DNA of 60,137 bases, counting the filler, from Hausera hauseri (taxonomy: Eukaryota), in assembly GCA_046269625.1 (NCBI GenBank). It is 11 parts of 11 records of this genome, joined end to end, with 100 filler letters (N's around TTAATTAATTAA, not from the genome) between each part and the next. Parts side by side here need not be neighbours in the genome. Positions count along the whole stretch, not along the records: positions 25,502 to 29,691 come from JBJURY010711104.1; positions 29,792 to 34,197 come from JBJURY010596667.1; positions 34,298 to 38,562 come from JBJURY010668663.1; 8 more parts are not named here. The stretch is one strand, 5' to 3'. Positions 25,402 to 38,166 of the stretch are shown here, piece after piece. Each line of letters starts with the position of its first letter. The stretch's first letter is position 1. The position numbers and the translations under genes were made by a program. The notes under the pieces were generated by a model. The model saw nothing but the letters and a program-made list of their open reading frames with translations, was not told the origin of the DNA and ran no database searches.

Positions 25402-25501
25402 NNNNNNNNNNNNNNNNNNNNNNNNNNNNNNNNNNNNNNNNNNNNTTAATTAATTAANNNNNNNNNNNNNNNNNNNNNNNNNNNNNNNNNNNNNNNNNNN
25501 N

Positions 25502-27896
25502 TCCTCATCTATGTTGTTTCATATCCTTTGATAAGGAATATATGATATGGTATTGGACAGGATTGAAAACGAATGGTGACTGGAAATGGTCGGATGGATT
25601 AATAGGTCCAGAAGTAATAGTGAGATCACCAAAAGCAATAATAACCCCTACTAGGATAACAATGACCTCTACTATAAATGTAATGACTCAGAAATCGACT
25701 AGAGTTATGAACATAATTAGAGAATTAGACGTAACCGTACAGTCGACGCCACACTCTCTCATCATCACTGTGTCGAATTTAAGGAATACAAATATAAAAT
25801 TTGAGTGTTTCCTTTATAATAGGATGGTTAGTGAAGGAGTTTTAACTCCTGAAGAACCGACATCTGCATGTATGTTCCTAAAAGCCGATACAAACTATAA
25901 AGTTATCATAACAGAGCTAGATGATGAAGGAGGAAAATTACAAACAATCTCCCGTATAGAAAAAACTCTAAGACGGACAATAACAACCCCGAACATTATG
26001 CGTAAGATGACTACCCAAAAGCTTGAAGAAAATCCGAATAAATACCTTTGGATGATCATAGTACTATGTACTCTTTTAGTGTTATTAGTCGTACTTTTAC
26101 CTTTAATAATTTATTACTCAAAAATAAGACGACGACGTAAATTAAGAAAAACCCTAAATCAACTAAGACTTTTAAGAAAAGACTCTCAAGATGAGTCAAT
26201 AGGGGATATAAGTGCGCCTAATATCAAAATCCAACAACGGCAAAACTGTCCGTTAATAAAGGAACCTTCGGCTGAAAAACCGAATAATCCTCAATGGCAA
26301 GATTGTCCATTAACACTCCGTAGCGATGAGAATCGATTAATTAAACGACAAGAAAGTCGAACAATGAATATAATCGTAGGATATTGTACCAAAATCCAAG
26401 ATTGGTCCACTAACTTTTTCGTATCGTATCAGAATTATAAATCAAATTCATTTCGTATTCCTTATTTTGAATCTTTTTGGCTCACATACATCTATTTTTT
26501 TTAGTTCAGCAAGGATCAGAAATCGCGGAGAGACCAAAATCCTTTTACTATAATGTTTTAGACAATCTCAACCAAACCGTCAACAAGGATTATATATATT
26601 ACGGTAAAGCTACATTGATCCCTAATAATCTAAAAGGGCACCTTCTTCAACAAAGGGTGGCCCTGATTATAAAAATGTCCTCAGCAGCGACAAAACTATC
26701 GGACTTGATCGAAGTTTCTAATCGAACAATATCAATTTATATATCCGTAGCAAAAAGCGGATTACAAATTAAAAGCAGAACTCATATTAATGAAATCACA
26801 GATACTTTAGAAGTTCCTAAATTGACTACGATTAGATTGGACAAAAGGTTTTACAAAAATGCTACTTTGGTACTCCGACCGTATGGTGGACCACCCCCAG
26901 TTATTTACATAGAAGCTATTCACAGAGACATCATTCCCCAACCAGAATACGAGAAACCTGTCTATCCTAAAAACCTGCCTCATCTCAATCAACTGACACA
27001 AGGAATATCCTTTGTGAGATTGCCAACTCTTCTGGAAACAAAGATGGTAGTTTTGGCTTTCAATTCAGCCTATATACTAACCCCCCTCAGAAATAAAGAA
27101 AAAACTTTGGTAGAAATAACTATAACTGATATGGAAGGAAATATAATCCTGGACGAATTAGTTACACCTCGCGATCGAGTGGACAATTTCGATAGCCAAA
27201 TAACTGGCCTCAAAGAAATAGATCTTATTTGAAAAACGGATGCATACCAAATTAGAGCCCTCATCCGACAAAAAACTCTACGACAAAATAATTATTGGTA
27301 TGGACATCTATAATTCCAATTTACATCTTGACCTCTTCAATATTAATGCAATCCGTGGAATTAGAGACCTCCTCTATCACGATGAAATTAATCCAGAAGG
27401 AAAACTTAGTCAAAAACAAATTCTTATGAAATTCAACGATATTGTCTATCCCCATCGTACTAAAGACAAGGCTTCCACAATGTTAAATATCTATCGTTCT
27501 ATTAACGAATACCGAATTGATAATCAAATCCTTCAGAACTCACCAATTCCGACAAAAGAAACTCAAATAGAACCTGTCCAAGATTCTATATTAATCCCAG
27601 AACCAATGGAAACAAACCAAGAATTACCTTCCCAAGTTACTAGTAATCAAGAATCTGATATAAATCAATCTACCGAATCTATTGTTATAGATCTTACCAA
27701 GTCAAACAAAAGAAAGAAACAAACACAAGAAACAATAACTCTCAAGAAAAAAATAATGAGGAAAGGAGAATGGGGACGGATAGAATCCGCCAGTTATCGG
27801 TACGATAACGGAATTCTAAGAACCTACCCTTTGATGCTGAGGACAGCATCATCCAAGGAGGGAGGTGTTGGACCAGTTGAGCCGGCTGTTAATTAA
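25502..27896 (+). pseudogene. Retroelement 3' accessory polyprotein: lectin-like motif, FN3-like domain, TM, cytoplasmic domain, inactive DEDDh exonuclease fold
   Basis: YWTGL...WKWSDG; L.ADTNYKVII; TM YLWMIIVLCTLLVLLVVLLPLIIYY + KIRRRRK; EITITDMEGNIILDELVTPRDRVDNFDSQITGL...IIIG...IRD; ends in PPT/LTR. Confidence 0.75.
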
Positions 27897-28569
27897 ATTT
27901 GAGTCAGTCGAGCCGGCTGTTAATTAAATGAATTGACTAATTGAGTCTCCTGAAAATAAATTAACTGTCTCCCGATAATTCAATCGAGAATTTAATTATT
28001 GATGGACTACTGAATTAATTTTCGCCAGATATTTGTTACCTTTTTATTTTATTTTCTTGTAAATTGATGATCAACGTTTTTATTATTGGTGAATTTTTCT
28101 TTGTGTGTTCATAATTAGAAATTGCTATAAATACATGAACATTGATGATTGAAACACAATCTTTCTTCTGACTTAATCAATGTATTTTGATGGATGTAAG
28201 TGTTTTGTTATATGTTTTTATGGTTTCATTGTATTTAGCTCTTAATTAGATATTTATTTTTGAGTAATTGTTTTGTTTTCTATAGTAAGGTATAATTAAT
28301 TCTTAAATTTTAACCCACTTTGGTATTCCGGTCCCGTAATTGACCGGATGTCTAACGTTTTCTAAGTAAGGGGTAAACCGTCAGTGTCCCTCCTGAACGG
28401 TACTCACCTTAAGGTCAAATAAAGCCTAAAGCAACCCCACAGGTTGCTTATAAGAATAATTAATATCAGGTCTAGTGGGAAGGAGAAACCCTAGACTTTA
28501 TTTAGTACTAAGTAAAGAGTATAAGTTTAGGGTCGTAAGACCAATAAATCTTTGCCTATAAACTTATCA
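27866..28569 (+). repeat. 3' LTR
   Basis: PPT AAGGAGGGAGG at 27855-27865, TG...CA termini, TATA-like at ~28125, structured 3' end. Confidence 0.8.
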
Positions 28570-28582
28570 AACCTTTTTTAAT

Positions 28583-29253
28583 TGTGATATAGCACAAGAC
28601 TGTTTAGTCTAGTGCAGATTTATTTTCACTTGATTTTTCTTGCACGTTTTGGAAATTTATCCGTTTTATTTTATGTTATTGGATTTACATTTGCATTTTT
28701 CTTCTTAAATTGCATTACTGAACAAGTATAAATAGCAGAATCTTCCATTTATACCTAACCTAACATTTTCTGGAAATGACGTATTTGTATGATTATTGTA
28801 AGTATTGTTACATTGATTTATATCTTTTATTCTTAAAGATATCTGTTTATTGATTCATATTGTTTCTTTTAAAGGCAATAAAGCATTGATATTTAACGTC
28901 TTGGTTTGATTTAGTTGGATATTTAGTATTTTATTCTTAAATCTTACGTTGATAATAACATTAAGTATTGTAATAAATTAAATAATAAATTCTTGGGTCC
29001 CTTTTTGGTATACCGGACAGTAAAATCCGGTTGTTAAAATCAACTAAATAAGGGGGAGAATCGTCAGTGTCCCCTGACGAAACTCACACCGTAAATCTAA
29101 ATAAATTAAGTAAAGTTATCGGCAACCCACAGGTTGCTATAGACTGATATATAATAATAAGGTCTGAAGAAAGGAGGACCTTCAGACAGTAAAGAATAGA
29201 GTATAAGTTTAAGGTCATAAGACCAATTTTTCTTTACACCTATAAACTTATCA
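28583..29253 (+). repeat. Second, related solo LTR in tandem
   Basis: 3' ~250 bp is homologous to 28318-28569 and ends in the identical CCTATAAACTTATCA. Confidence 0.75.
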
Positions 29254-29615
29254 AATGCAACACCACACAAAGCAAACCCAGTTCAAGATACGTTGAAAAC
29301 ACTTACTGGGAGTTGCTACCCCACCCGCCGTATTTATCAGACTTGGCTCCTTCTGATTACAATTTGTTTTCATCGATAGGACACGCACTTGCTGAACAGC
29401 ATTTCAATACTTATGAAGAAGTCGAAAATGGGTCGATGGATGGTTTTCTGCAAAGGACGAACGGTTTTTTGGCATGGTATCCACATACTGCCAGAATGAT
29501 GAGGAAAATGTGTGAATAACAATGGACAATACTTTGAATAAAATATTTTGTATTATTCTGTTAAAATAAAGGTGTTATTTTCATTAAAAAACGATGGTTT
29601 GATATTTGTATTTTT
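29254..29615 (+). mobile_element. Mariner transposase 3' remnant
   Basis: LPHPPYLSDLAPSDYNLF (YSPDLAPxD motif). Confidence 0.92.
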
Positions 29616-29791
29616 GTAAATCAATTGTATTCAATCTTTAAGTAATCATATCATTAAAACAAACTATGCTTTAGTTTAATGGGATTAAGAGNNNNNNNNN
29701 NNNNNNNNNNNNNNNNNNNNNNNNNNNNNNNNNNNTTAATTAATTAANNNNNNNNNNNNNNNNNNNNNNNNNNNNNNNNNNNNNNNNNNNN

Positions 29792-30100
29792 GCGAGGTAC
29801 AGGGGAAATAGAAGTTTGGTGGCTTGATATTTTTGTTTACTTTAAATTTTTGGCACGCTACGCATTGAACGACCCAATCCTGGTCATCCTTTCGCATAAA
29901 AGGCCATACCACCTGGTTGTGTAGGAGATGATAGGTGTTTTTTGCTCCTGGGTGGTGCAGTCGGTGCACCACGGATTGTGAAAAGGAAACAAGTACTCCG
30001 TGACGTTTTTCGTTGGTTGTAACAATCTATGATACTCAATTTACCATGTTGGTCAGACGTTCTACATTTTGAGAATATCAAAAAATGTCATGAAATGAAG
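29792..30100 (-). pseudogene. Gypsy integrase Zn-binding fragment
   Basis: HRLHHPGAKNT...VWPFMRKD...CVACQ; related to the element at 1006-6954. Confidence 0.85.
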
Positions 30101-30164
30101 GGTACCGTTGGAACAAATTGGGTAATACGACCAATACCCTTTTGTATATAGTGTGTATATATGT

Positions 30165-30470
30165 ATAGAATAACCTTTATTTCATCAAATAATTTTAACA
30201 ATTTCTCTTTCTCTTCGATACTTAAATCCTTTCGCTTTCGTTTTGAATTTGTATTCTTCATGTTCATAAAGGACAGTTAAAAATCGAATATTTAAACAAC
30301 AAAATTGGTTAAATTATTAATTTATTTTACAATAATTATTGTTCATTGTTCAGAATAAACAGTGTTCGTATTATAAAACGTCAGTTTCCATGAAAGCCAC
30401 ATGGTTTCCAACAATTTTTGACTTAAATGTTCATATTAAACTTTGTTCATATTGAACAGTGTTGACTGTA
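30165..30470 (-). mobile_element. pogo/Tigger-like DNA transposon 5' end
   Basis: TA-CAGTCAACACTG TIR-like start; MKNTNSKRKRKDLSIEEKEKIVK CENP-B/psq HTH start. Confidence 0.7.
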
Positions 30471-30475
30471 TATAT

Positions 30476-31230
30476 TAAGGTGTTTCAAAAACATGAAATT
30501 TTTTTATTTTTAAAACTTTCATAACTTTTTAGATAAAACTTTTTTACATGAAACAGGTACCAAAAAGTTTTCTGTACAGTTACAAAAAGTTCATAATTTT
30601 TGTGTATTTTATATACCTCTATCCCATTACAATGTGATGCACATGAAACAATAGCTTAACATTAACATTTATTTGAATTATAAATAGCTAACAGCTTATA
30701 TCAATTTAATTTACAAGAATTATTTATATATCTGATTAGAGCATTTCGCAAATTTTGCATTGAACTGCATCTGGAAATCTTTTCATCAGTCAGTCTAAAA
30801 ATTCTCTCCGCAGCTTCATTTGTTGGCGGTTTATATTCCACTTTTTCTGTTAGTCCGTGCTTTGAAGGAACATTATTTGCACCTTCCGATGAGTTTGTTA
30901 GCTTGCTCCAGTCCACCACACAGAGTCCACTGATAAGCAGTAAATTGATTTAAAGATAAAAGACTTTCATCGTCATATTCCAGTACTAATTCCACCATTA
31001 GTGAACATATGACCTTACTGTTCCATCTTGCAGAAGAAACATTTACATTCTTGCGTGGAATTTTTATGTATCTCCTTTCTCCAGTCTCCTTCAGCGTTCT
31101 CACAGCCTTAGTAAGTTCTAGTAGGTAACGATAATCATCATGTCGGTGTTCATTGCTTGGAAGATTCTGAAAATCATCAACTGGTGATCTTTCTGTTTCA
31201 TAATACTTATTTCTGTAACGGCTCCATTTT
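30476..31230 (-). mobile_element. hAT (hATm-like) transposase 3' remnant and terminus
   Basis: DDYRYLLEL, SSARWNSK, PPTNEAAERIF; TAAGGTG terminus. Confidence 0.6.
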
Positions 31231-31523
31231 TCTTACAAAATTGTAACAAAATTATAGGGAATATGTGGACTCGTTGTTTCTGATTTCCGCAACAAATGGT
31301 GCATTTCGTTTTTTAAAATGTATATTTGTCTGACTGGCAAATGATAGATTAAGGCCAATACAAAATGTTGCATATGTGCGTCAGAAACCCCACAGCTTTT
31401 TATGTGTAGAGGTCCTGTCGGATAATTACTTGTGCGATCTTGACTTTGTCTGGGATGATTTGAATTTGTTTGTCTGGTATTCGTAGAGTTACTTGCAAAA
31501 TCCGATTTTTTGACTGGTGTCAG

Positions 31524-32006
31524 CTAAGGTTTCATCGTGTTGATTGTGAACTTGTGTGCATGTGAAAGTTCTACATAAAGTTTAAAGCTTTGGGAGTACT
31601 CGTCATTGATGAGTAAGAAATCGTCCAAGTAAACGAAAAAGTGTTTACAGAAGTATAACCGGCGATATTCTGAAACAGTTGTAATTGTAACTTTTTGAAA
31701 GATAGTCGGCATGTGATTAAATGTGAAGCGTTGTCCTTCAAAGGCGAAAGTGAGAACGTCACGGATGGTCGAATGTATTATCATAAGGTAGAAGCCTCTT
31801 GTGAGATTGATACTTTTTGCTCGTAGATTGACCAATATTTGCTGTAGAAGTTTGAAATAGTGAATTTGAGTTTTGGCAAAGTCACAGTTGAATGTGTGTA
31901 ATTGACCATATGTCGACATATTAACCGATTGGGTTTTGAGAGGACGAAGAACATGCTTTGGTGGCCCAACATTGCCAAGTCGGTCTATAAGAAAACCGAA
32001 GTGCAC
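31524..32006 (-). pseudogene. DIRS-like reverse transcriptase remnant
   Basis: SINLTRGFY..IIH...LTFAFEGQRFTF..., VYLDDFLL, FTIN. Confidence 0.75.
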
Positions 32007-33552
32007 CTAAATTCTTGTCCGAGCGACGGATTTGCATCCGTACTCCAGCCGGATCCAAGTTGAACAATCGTGCGGAGAAGGACGCGGAGTGGTGTCATTG
32101 TTCTATCCGCATATCTGAGCGGTGGAGAACACCAGGGCTGTTGAAACGGATTAGATTATAAGGAGCCTGTGGGATATGCATTTAAGCACTTAAAGCATGG
32201 AGCTCCTTTTGGTGCTTGTTCATCTGAGTGACAAAACCTTCCTTTTGTATCCCGCTTTCCCGAGGCAAGCGCAGGCATTTCTGACTATGACACAATAACA
32301 ATCTTACGATTAGAAACTGCCAGTTGAGCTGTCGGAGTTGTGAGCGAAAGAGCATAATTTTTGTGAATAACTGCGGCAATTCGAAGAAATAAATTTTATT
32401 CAAACAATTACACAAAAGCCAATATGTATATATATGCAGTATAAATCAACTAAAATAAAACTACATTGATATGAAATTTAATAAACAAATCCCGGTGGTG
32501 TAAAATTTGTAAAAACGTTTTTGCGGTGCTCACACTGGCCCGTCCAAAAATTTGCATGCTAAAAAACTGTAGTGTCTATGTGTTGTTTCAATATGCAGAT
32601 TGGATTTACACATTTGAATGTTGTCAATATATTGTATAAAAGTCACATAATTTGATTTTGTGTTTTCTTTTGCTAAAAACGTTAATTCAAACGGAATTTT
32701 TTCACAAATTTTATACACATAATTTCAAATAATTATAAAACTGAGGATTCAAATGATAAACCTACCGACTTCGACATGAATTCGCAGTCATATTTGAATA
32801 TGGAATATCCCATTTATCACTCACCTGTTGCTAATAATCTCGATAAAAAAGATTTGGCTCTTGACCTTTCAGGTTTTCACAGTTTTAGAAATGAAAGCAT
32901 ATTTTTGGTGAATATTTGTGTAAGATTTTCGGTGAATTATTTTGAATTTTTATGATAAAATGACTACAAGAAAAATCTCAAAGACACTAACCAATAAAGA
33001 TGAAATGAAATTCTAAATTAATAGACAAAGAAACGAAGGTAATTAAAATCTCAAAATATATTCGAATTCTCTTTCAATATGAAGTTTATTTTTTTCGAAA
33101 ATCTTGGGAATTAGTATTTAAGACAAAAATACGGAATCTCGCATCATATAAGCTTATTAAAATTGTATACAAACCAATGCCAAAGAAATCAGTGACCTTG
33201 AAACAGAAAAGAATAACAGAATCATTTTATATCAAAATTTATTCCGTAAATCAACGGCAATGTTGATATCATTTATGGCTCATCCCTGTTTCAAAGAATA
33301 GCCTGTTGTTTATTTTAAGGCAGTAACTAGTATTTGTTAACTTTTTAAATGTTCGTACATGCCAGCTTTGTAATTTTATTTAATAGATCATTTAAGCAAA
33401 TTGCAATAAAACGCTAATAGAAACTCCGATATTTTCATGTCCAACTAAAAAAACGTTTGCTGACTTTCTAATTCCTCACGTTATTATTCAGAAAACATGA
33501 AATCAAAAGGAAAATTGATTTTTGGCAATTATAAATTGATTTCTATAACATA

Positions 33553-33621
33553 TACTTGGAAACCCCGTTAATATACGATTTTATTCTCATAGAAATTTTA
33601 TATTAACGGGGTTTTACTGTA
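33553..33621. mobile_element. Tigger-type MITE / palindrome
   Basis: AAACCCCGTTAATATA ... TATATTAACGGGGTTT inverted repeat ending ACTG-TA. Confidence 0.7.
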
Positions 33622-34297
33622 TGTTGTTTTTTAAAGACTGCAAATTTTTCGTCAAAATGGAGTGAATTTGGCAAACCGTAAAAAACTGTTTTGTAGTCAT
33701 TGTTTTCCGTTTTTGGAATTTCGTCCCAAAACAGCTGTTTTGTGTTGTGTGAAATGTTTCAGAAATCACATTTCTAACTAGCTATTTCTGTAGAGATTAT
33801 CGTAAACATTGAATTTTCACAAATAAATGATTTTTATTGTAAGTCATGGTTTTTATAATAAATAATCAGAGATGTTCAAAATGTAATGTTGAATAATAAT
33901 ACAGTTGGATTTCAATAATCCGCCACTTGAGTCTGGTCTTTATTGGTGTCAGAATGTCGAGGTTCACACTTTGTAAATTTCCTCCAATATAATAGAATAT
34001 CGAGCTTTAAGTATAAAATGTATTAATTAAATTTTCAATCGTCTCTTGCATAAATTGTGGCTGTGCACGTACATTATAGACTGATTTTAAACAAATATTT
34101 TTATTTCGGTAGACTATTTAAAAATCGCGTATTAAAAATATTGGCTCGAAAAAAATTATGAATATTTATCAATGCTCAATACATACTTGCAGGAGAANNN
34201 NNNNNNNNNNNNNNNNNNNNNNNNNNNNNNNNNNNNNNNNNTTAATTAATTAANNNNNNNNNNNNNNNNNNNNNNNNNNNNNNNNNNNNNNNNNNNN

Positions 34298-34619
34298 AGG
34301 ACTGAATGGACATGTACTGATTTAAGAGCTGAGTTGGCTGTTGGAACTTATTATCATTTGCTAGAGGAGATTATTAAAAGTATTTGATGGAAAGCTACAT
34401 TAATTTTTTATTTCGTTGTTTCTGTTGAAATAGTTAAGTGAATTATGGTTCTGATTTGAGGATAATCTTGTCCAATTCGAGGGACCAAATTTTCAAGGCG
34501 GAGAGTCGGATCCTATTATCGTTCCTACGCGGCGATAGCAGACGCCCGGCTGTGCCCAACAAAATAGGCCAAAGGGCACCGGCCGAGGTGGGCACCACAG
34601 TCCCAGTTATAGTAGAACA
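34298..34619 (+). repeat. Probable LTR 3' end abutting a mariner
   Basis: AT-rich then GC-rich self-complementary segment ending AACA, where mariner homology stops. Confidence 0.4.
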
Positions 34620-35330
34620 TTGACTAAGAAATTTTAGATGAATGATGCCCGTACTATCGAAAAATGTGATCAATATTGTTTTGGTTTTCTATTTGGAAAC
34701 GCGAACTTTCATCGGCCGGCCCTTTTTCGGACTTGTCCACTCAGCACTTTAAAGGAGAAAATTCTGTGTTCTTTTTGCTCTGGAGTGAGAGACTGCGGCA
34801 TAAAACGCGCACAGAGCTTTCGTTTTTTTCAAATCTTCCGTCATGATCAAAAAAACTGATCCAACACTCAAGTTTAATGACCCGGCAATTATTTCTATCG
34901 TCATTCGGCAGTCTGACCTCACCAAAGCTTAAACACGGTCAACTTTCTCATGATTTCGACTCGAACATGGACGACCCAATTTCTCATCATTTTCTGCCGA
35001 TTCTCTTCCAGCTTTAGACCCCGAAAACCTCTCAAACTCTCGCGAACGACTCATAACATCGTCACCATATGCAGGTTTAATCATTTCGTACGTCTCTGTA
35101 GCCGATTTGCCTGATTTAAAACAAAATTTCATGTTCATTTATTGCTCCATTTTTCCCAATGATATGAACACACAGAGACGTTATTCACAAATGAACGCAG
35201 GCAAGTCTGAACTTGTCAGAAATGACTGAAACTTTTTATAAGCATGGCGGAAAGTTGTTTCTACGAGATATCGTTTGTAGGGTAGAGCTATGACCACTTT
35301 GTTCAAACCGCGTAAATTTGTTTGGAGAGT
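34620..35330 (-). mobile_element. Mariner transposase 5' remnant
   Basis: MKFCFKSGKSATETYEMIKPAYGDD.MSR...GRES...GRP; MITFFDSTGIIH..F. Confidence 0.92.
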
Positions 35331-35664
35331 CTTTTAAAAATGATTATATCGTTGATGAATTTACGGGGGAGGAACAAGTTTTCTTTTACTTAGTCCCGAT
35401 ATAGGGTGTCAGAAAGAGAGAGAGAGAGAGGTATAGGCAGAGTCTTACCTACTTGTAAAGTCGGTCATGTGTCGGAGTCGATACAATTTACTTTGTCTTT
35501 ACTTTCTATTGTTTATTATCCTATTAAGTTACTTGTTACTTGGGCCGTCGTCGGATAAGGAACCCGATCGTCTACGTTTTAATTAGTACGCATACTTATT
35601 TATTAAAGTTACTTTCTCAGACAGAAAATTATGCGAATATGATCATATAAGAAAAATGTAACGT

Positions 35665-38166
35665 TGTTATAGGCACAGGGGTTATTACAAACCTTAATTT
35701 GTACCCACATATAAAATTTCGTTGCTTCTATATTTTGTCTTGTTATGAATTTCTATAGTGAGTTCGATTGACCTCTTCATCTAGTGTTACCCTTTTTAAT
35801 TAGTTAGGTAGTTATCCTTGTTTCATGGTTTATGTGAAATAATTCATAATCGTTACATGACAAGTTCCTTTATAATACTTTGTGATAGACGGTTATTTGT
35901 GATATAAGCTTATCAACCACGTATTCTGATTTATATTATTATTATTCTTTATAGGACAGAGCTGAGGGCTTCCAACGTGAATGTTTAAATTCAATAGGTC
36001 TCAAATACTTTGGTATTAATAGGTTTTGTATTTTATTTCGTGGAATTTTATATCCGCTCAATATAATTAGGTTACTATATTTTATCTAATTATTTTCTCT
36101 TCTCCTTTTTCATGTTCTAAAGCGCTTTTATAAAATTAATAATCATGTTAACAAAATCAAAACGGTAATAGATACGGTAATGTTGATATTTTATTTAAAA
36201 GCAAAAAATCTTTCTTACTCAACTACGAATACTACTAGCGGCAAATTTTCCAACGTATGTACAACCCTTATCATATCTCTCAGTTGCTCTTCACAATTAA
36301 TTATTCCATAGTCGGGTTTCTTTGATGAAAAGATGAAGGTATCTATTAAGTTAATATTTTAAAATTAGTACTGAAATAGTACAATCACTTAATTCCTAAT
36401 TTTTCTTTTCTACAACACATTTATTTCGGGCTGGGATAAAAATAAAGAATCAACTCCTCATTAAAATCAACTCCGAATCAGCATATCACCTCGACATTTC
36501 TCTAATCTAGGGATTGTGTACGCATAGACCAAAAATCTTAAATTCAATAACCGTATAACGACGACTTTAGTATATCAGAATTCACTATCTTATTTATACT
36601 ATAAGATAATCTAAATATACCCTTTTCACATATATAATTTTACAAATAAGCCATATTCATTATGTATAACCGGCATCTGCCTTCATCATTTGTAATATCG
36701 GTTTCTATTCACCACTTCTTCACATGTCATTTAGTACTTCACTCAAATATCATGATCTTTACATTGTACATATCTGATTCGCTCGTTCTCAGACGCATAT
36801 TTCAAATTTGTATCCATATTAGGTTCTCAGCATTATCAGTCAAATCCCTTCTCATTGAATCGTCCCGTCTATAGAAGAACACTGTCAGCCAACTGAATAT
36901 TATTTTACTATATCATTCTAAACTTATGCGTATCTGTTCATAAACCTGAAATTATAAATTCAATTTTATGATTAACTTCGAACTCAGATGGATCTCTTCA
37001 TAGTTGTTCGATCTCATTAGTATTAATGAATTATAAGCTGGGTTGCGTAATTTCTTATATGTCATCATAGCATTTCCATAATAATAATAATAATACGCAC
37101 GGTTCAAAGATGTTTGAATTTCAGTCGGTTTTCTGAATCCATTTTTTATTCCGCGAACAGACCATGATCGATGTCCTTTCGATTAGTATAAATTAGTTAT
37201 TCTTTAACATTCAAAATCGTCCCTGGACACCCGGTTTCTTTGTTTATATCTTCATCGATTTATTAGACACCTGTTTATACTGAATATTCGAAAATATCAA
37301 ACAAAATTCCTTCTATCAATTTTCATGAAGTAAACATATATTTATATAAAAAAATTTACATAAAAAAATTAAAACTTTTAAGCGGCCGATGGATTGTATT
37401 CAATTTATGTTCACATAAATAATTCAATTACCATATATTTCGGGGCGGTCTCCAGATTGTACGCCAGATTCTTCTCCAGTGTTCATTACGTCTACTGTTT
37501 GATAATATTGTAATTCAGTAGTTTATTCGATTTCTGTTTTCTTTACCCGAATTCTTTCCAACTGTAATTGAAGATTTCCTCCTTTTCAACTAGGTTTAAT
37601 TTTTTATCTAGTAAATTCGATAACCGAAAAACAAGATCTAACCTATTCAAGGTAGATCACTTCGTAACAAATCTTTCAAATGTCAGTAAGAATAATGTAA
37701 TATGTTAATGTTAATGTGTGTTGTTCAACGAGTAATGTGGTTGTTTATATACCATCCGTTTTACTCGTCATATGGGCCTAATGTTGTTTTCAATTTAGTA
37801 AATGGGTTTTTAAAATTCGGCTATTCACTGTCATTTGTATTAATTTCATTACTGACTAATCGTCATTTTTAATTTCAATATGCATTTCGACAGTGTTTAT
37901 TTGCACGTGTTCTATTAGTTCCAATTTATTAAATTTCATTTTTAAATTTCGCACATGTTCTATTAGCTCTAGTTTCAGTAGCATTTTCTAAAATTGCCTA
38001 ATTGACCAACATGTGTTTTCTAACCTAATTGATCAATATACATTATTCAATGTTCTTATAATTAATTTTTTCGTCATATTATATTTCGTAATTTCGCTAG
38101 CTAATTAGTTTGTATTATCAACTAAATACCATCCAACCGGCAGCCATTTTTACTTGGCTAACAACA
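35665..38166 (-). repeat. Possible long LTR-like element with decayed internal ORF
   Basis: TGTT...AACA termini, duplicated GCACRTGTTCTATTAG motifs, TATATAAA at ~37744-37751, purine-biased minus strand downstream. Confidence 0.3.

Noticed and set aside
29063-29085. CTGACGA-AAC as a hammerhead ribozyme core
   Set aside because: No stem II between CUGANGA and GAAA, and the homologous copy reads CTGAACGG; it is one arm of a hairpin
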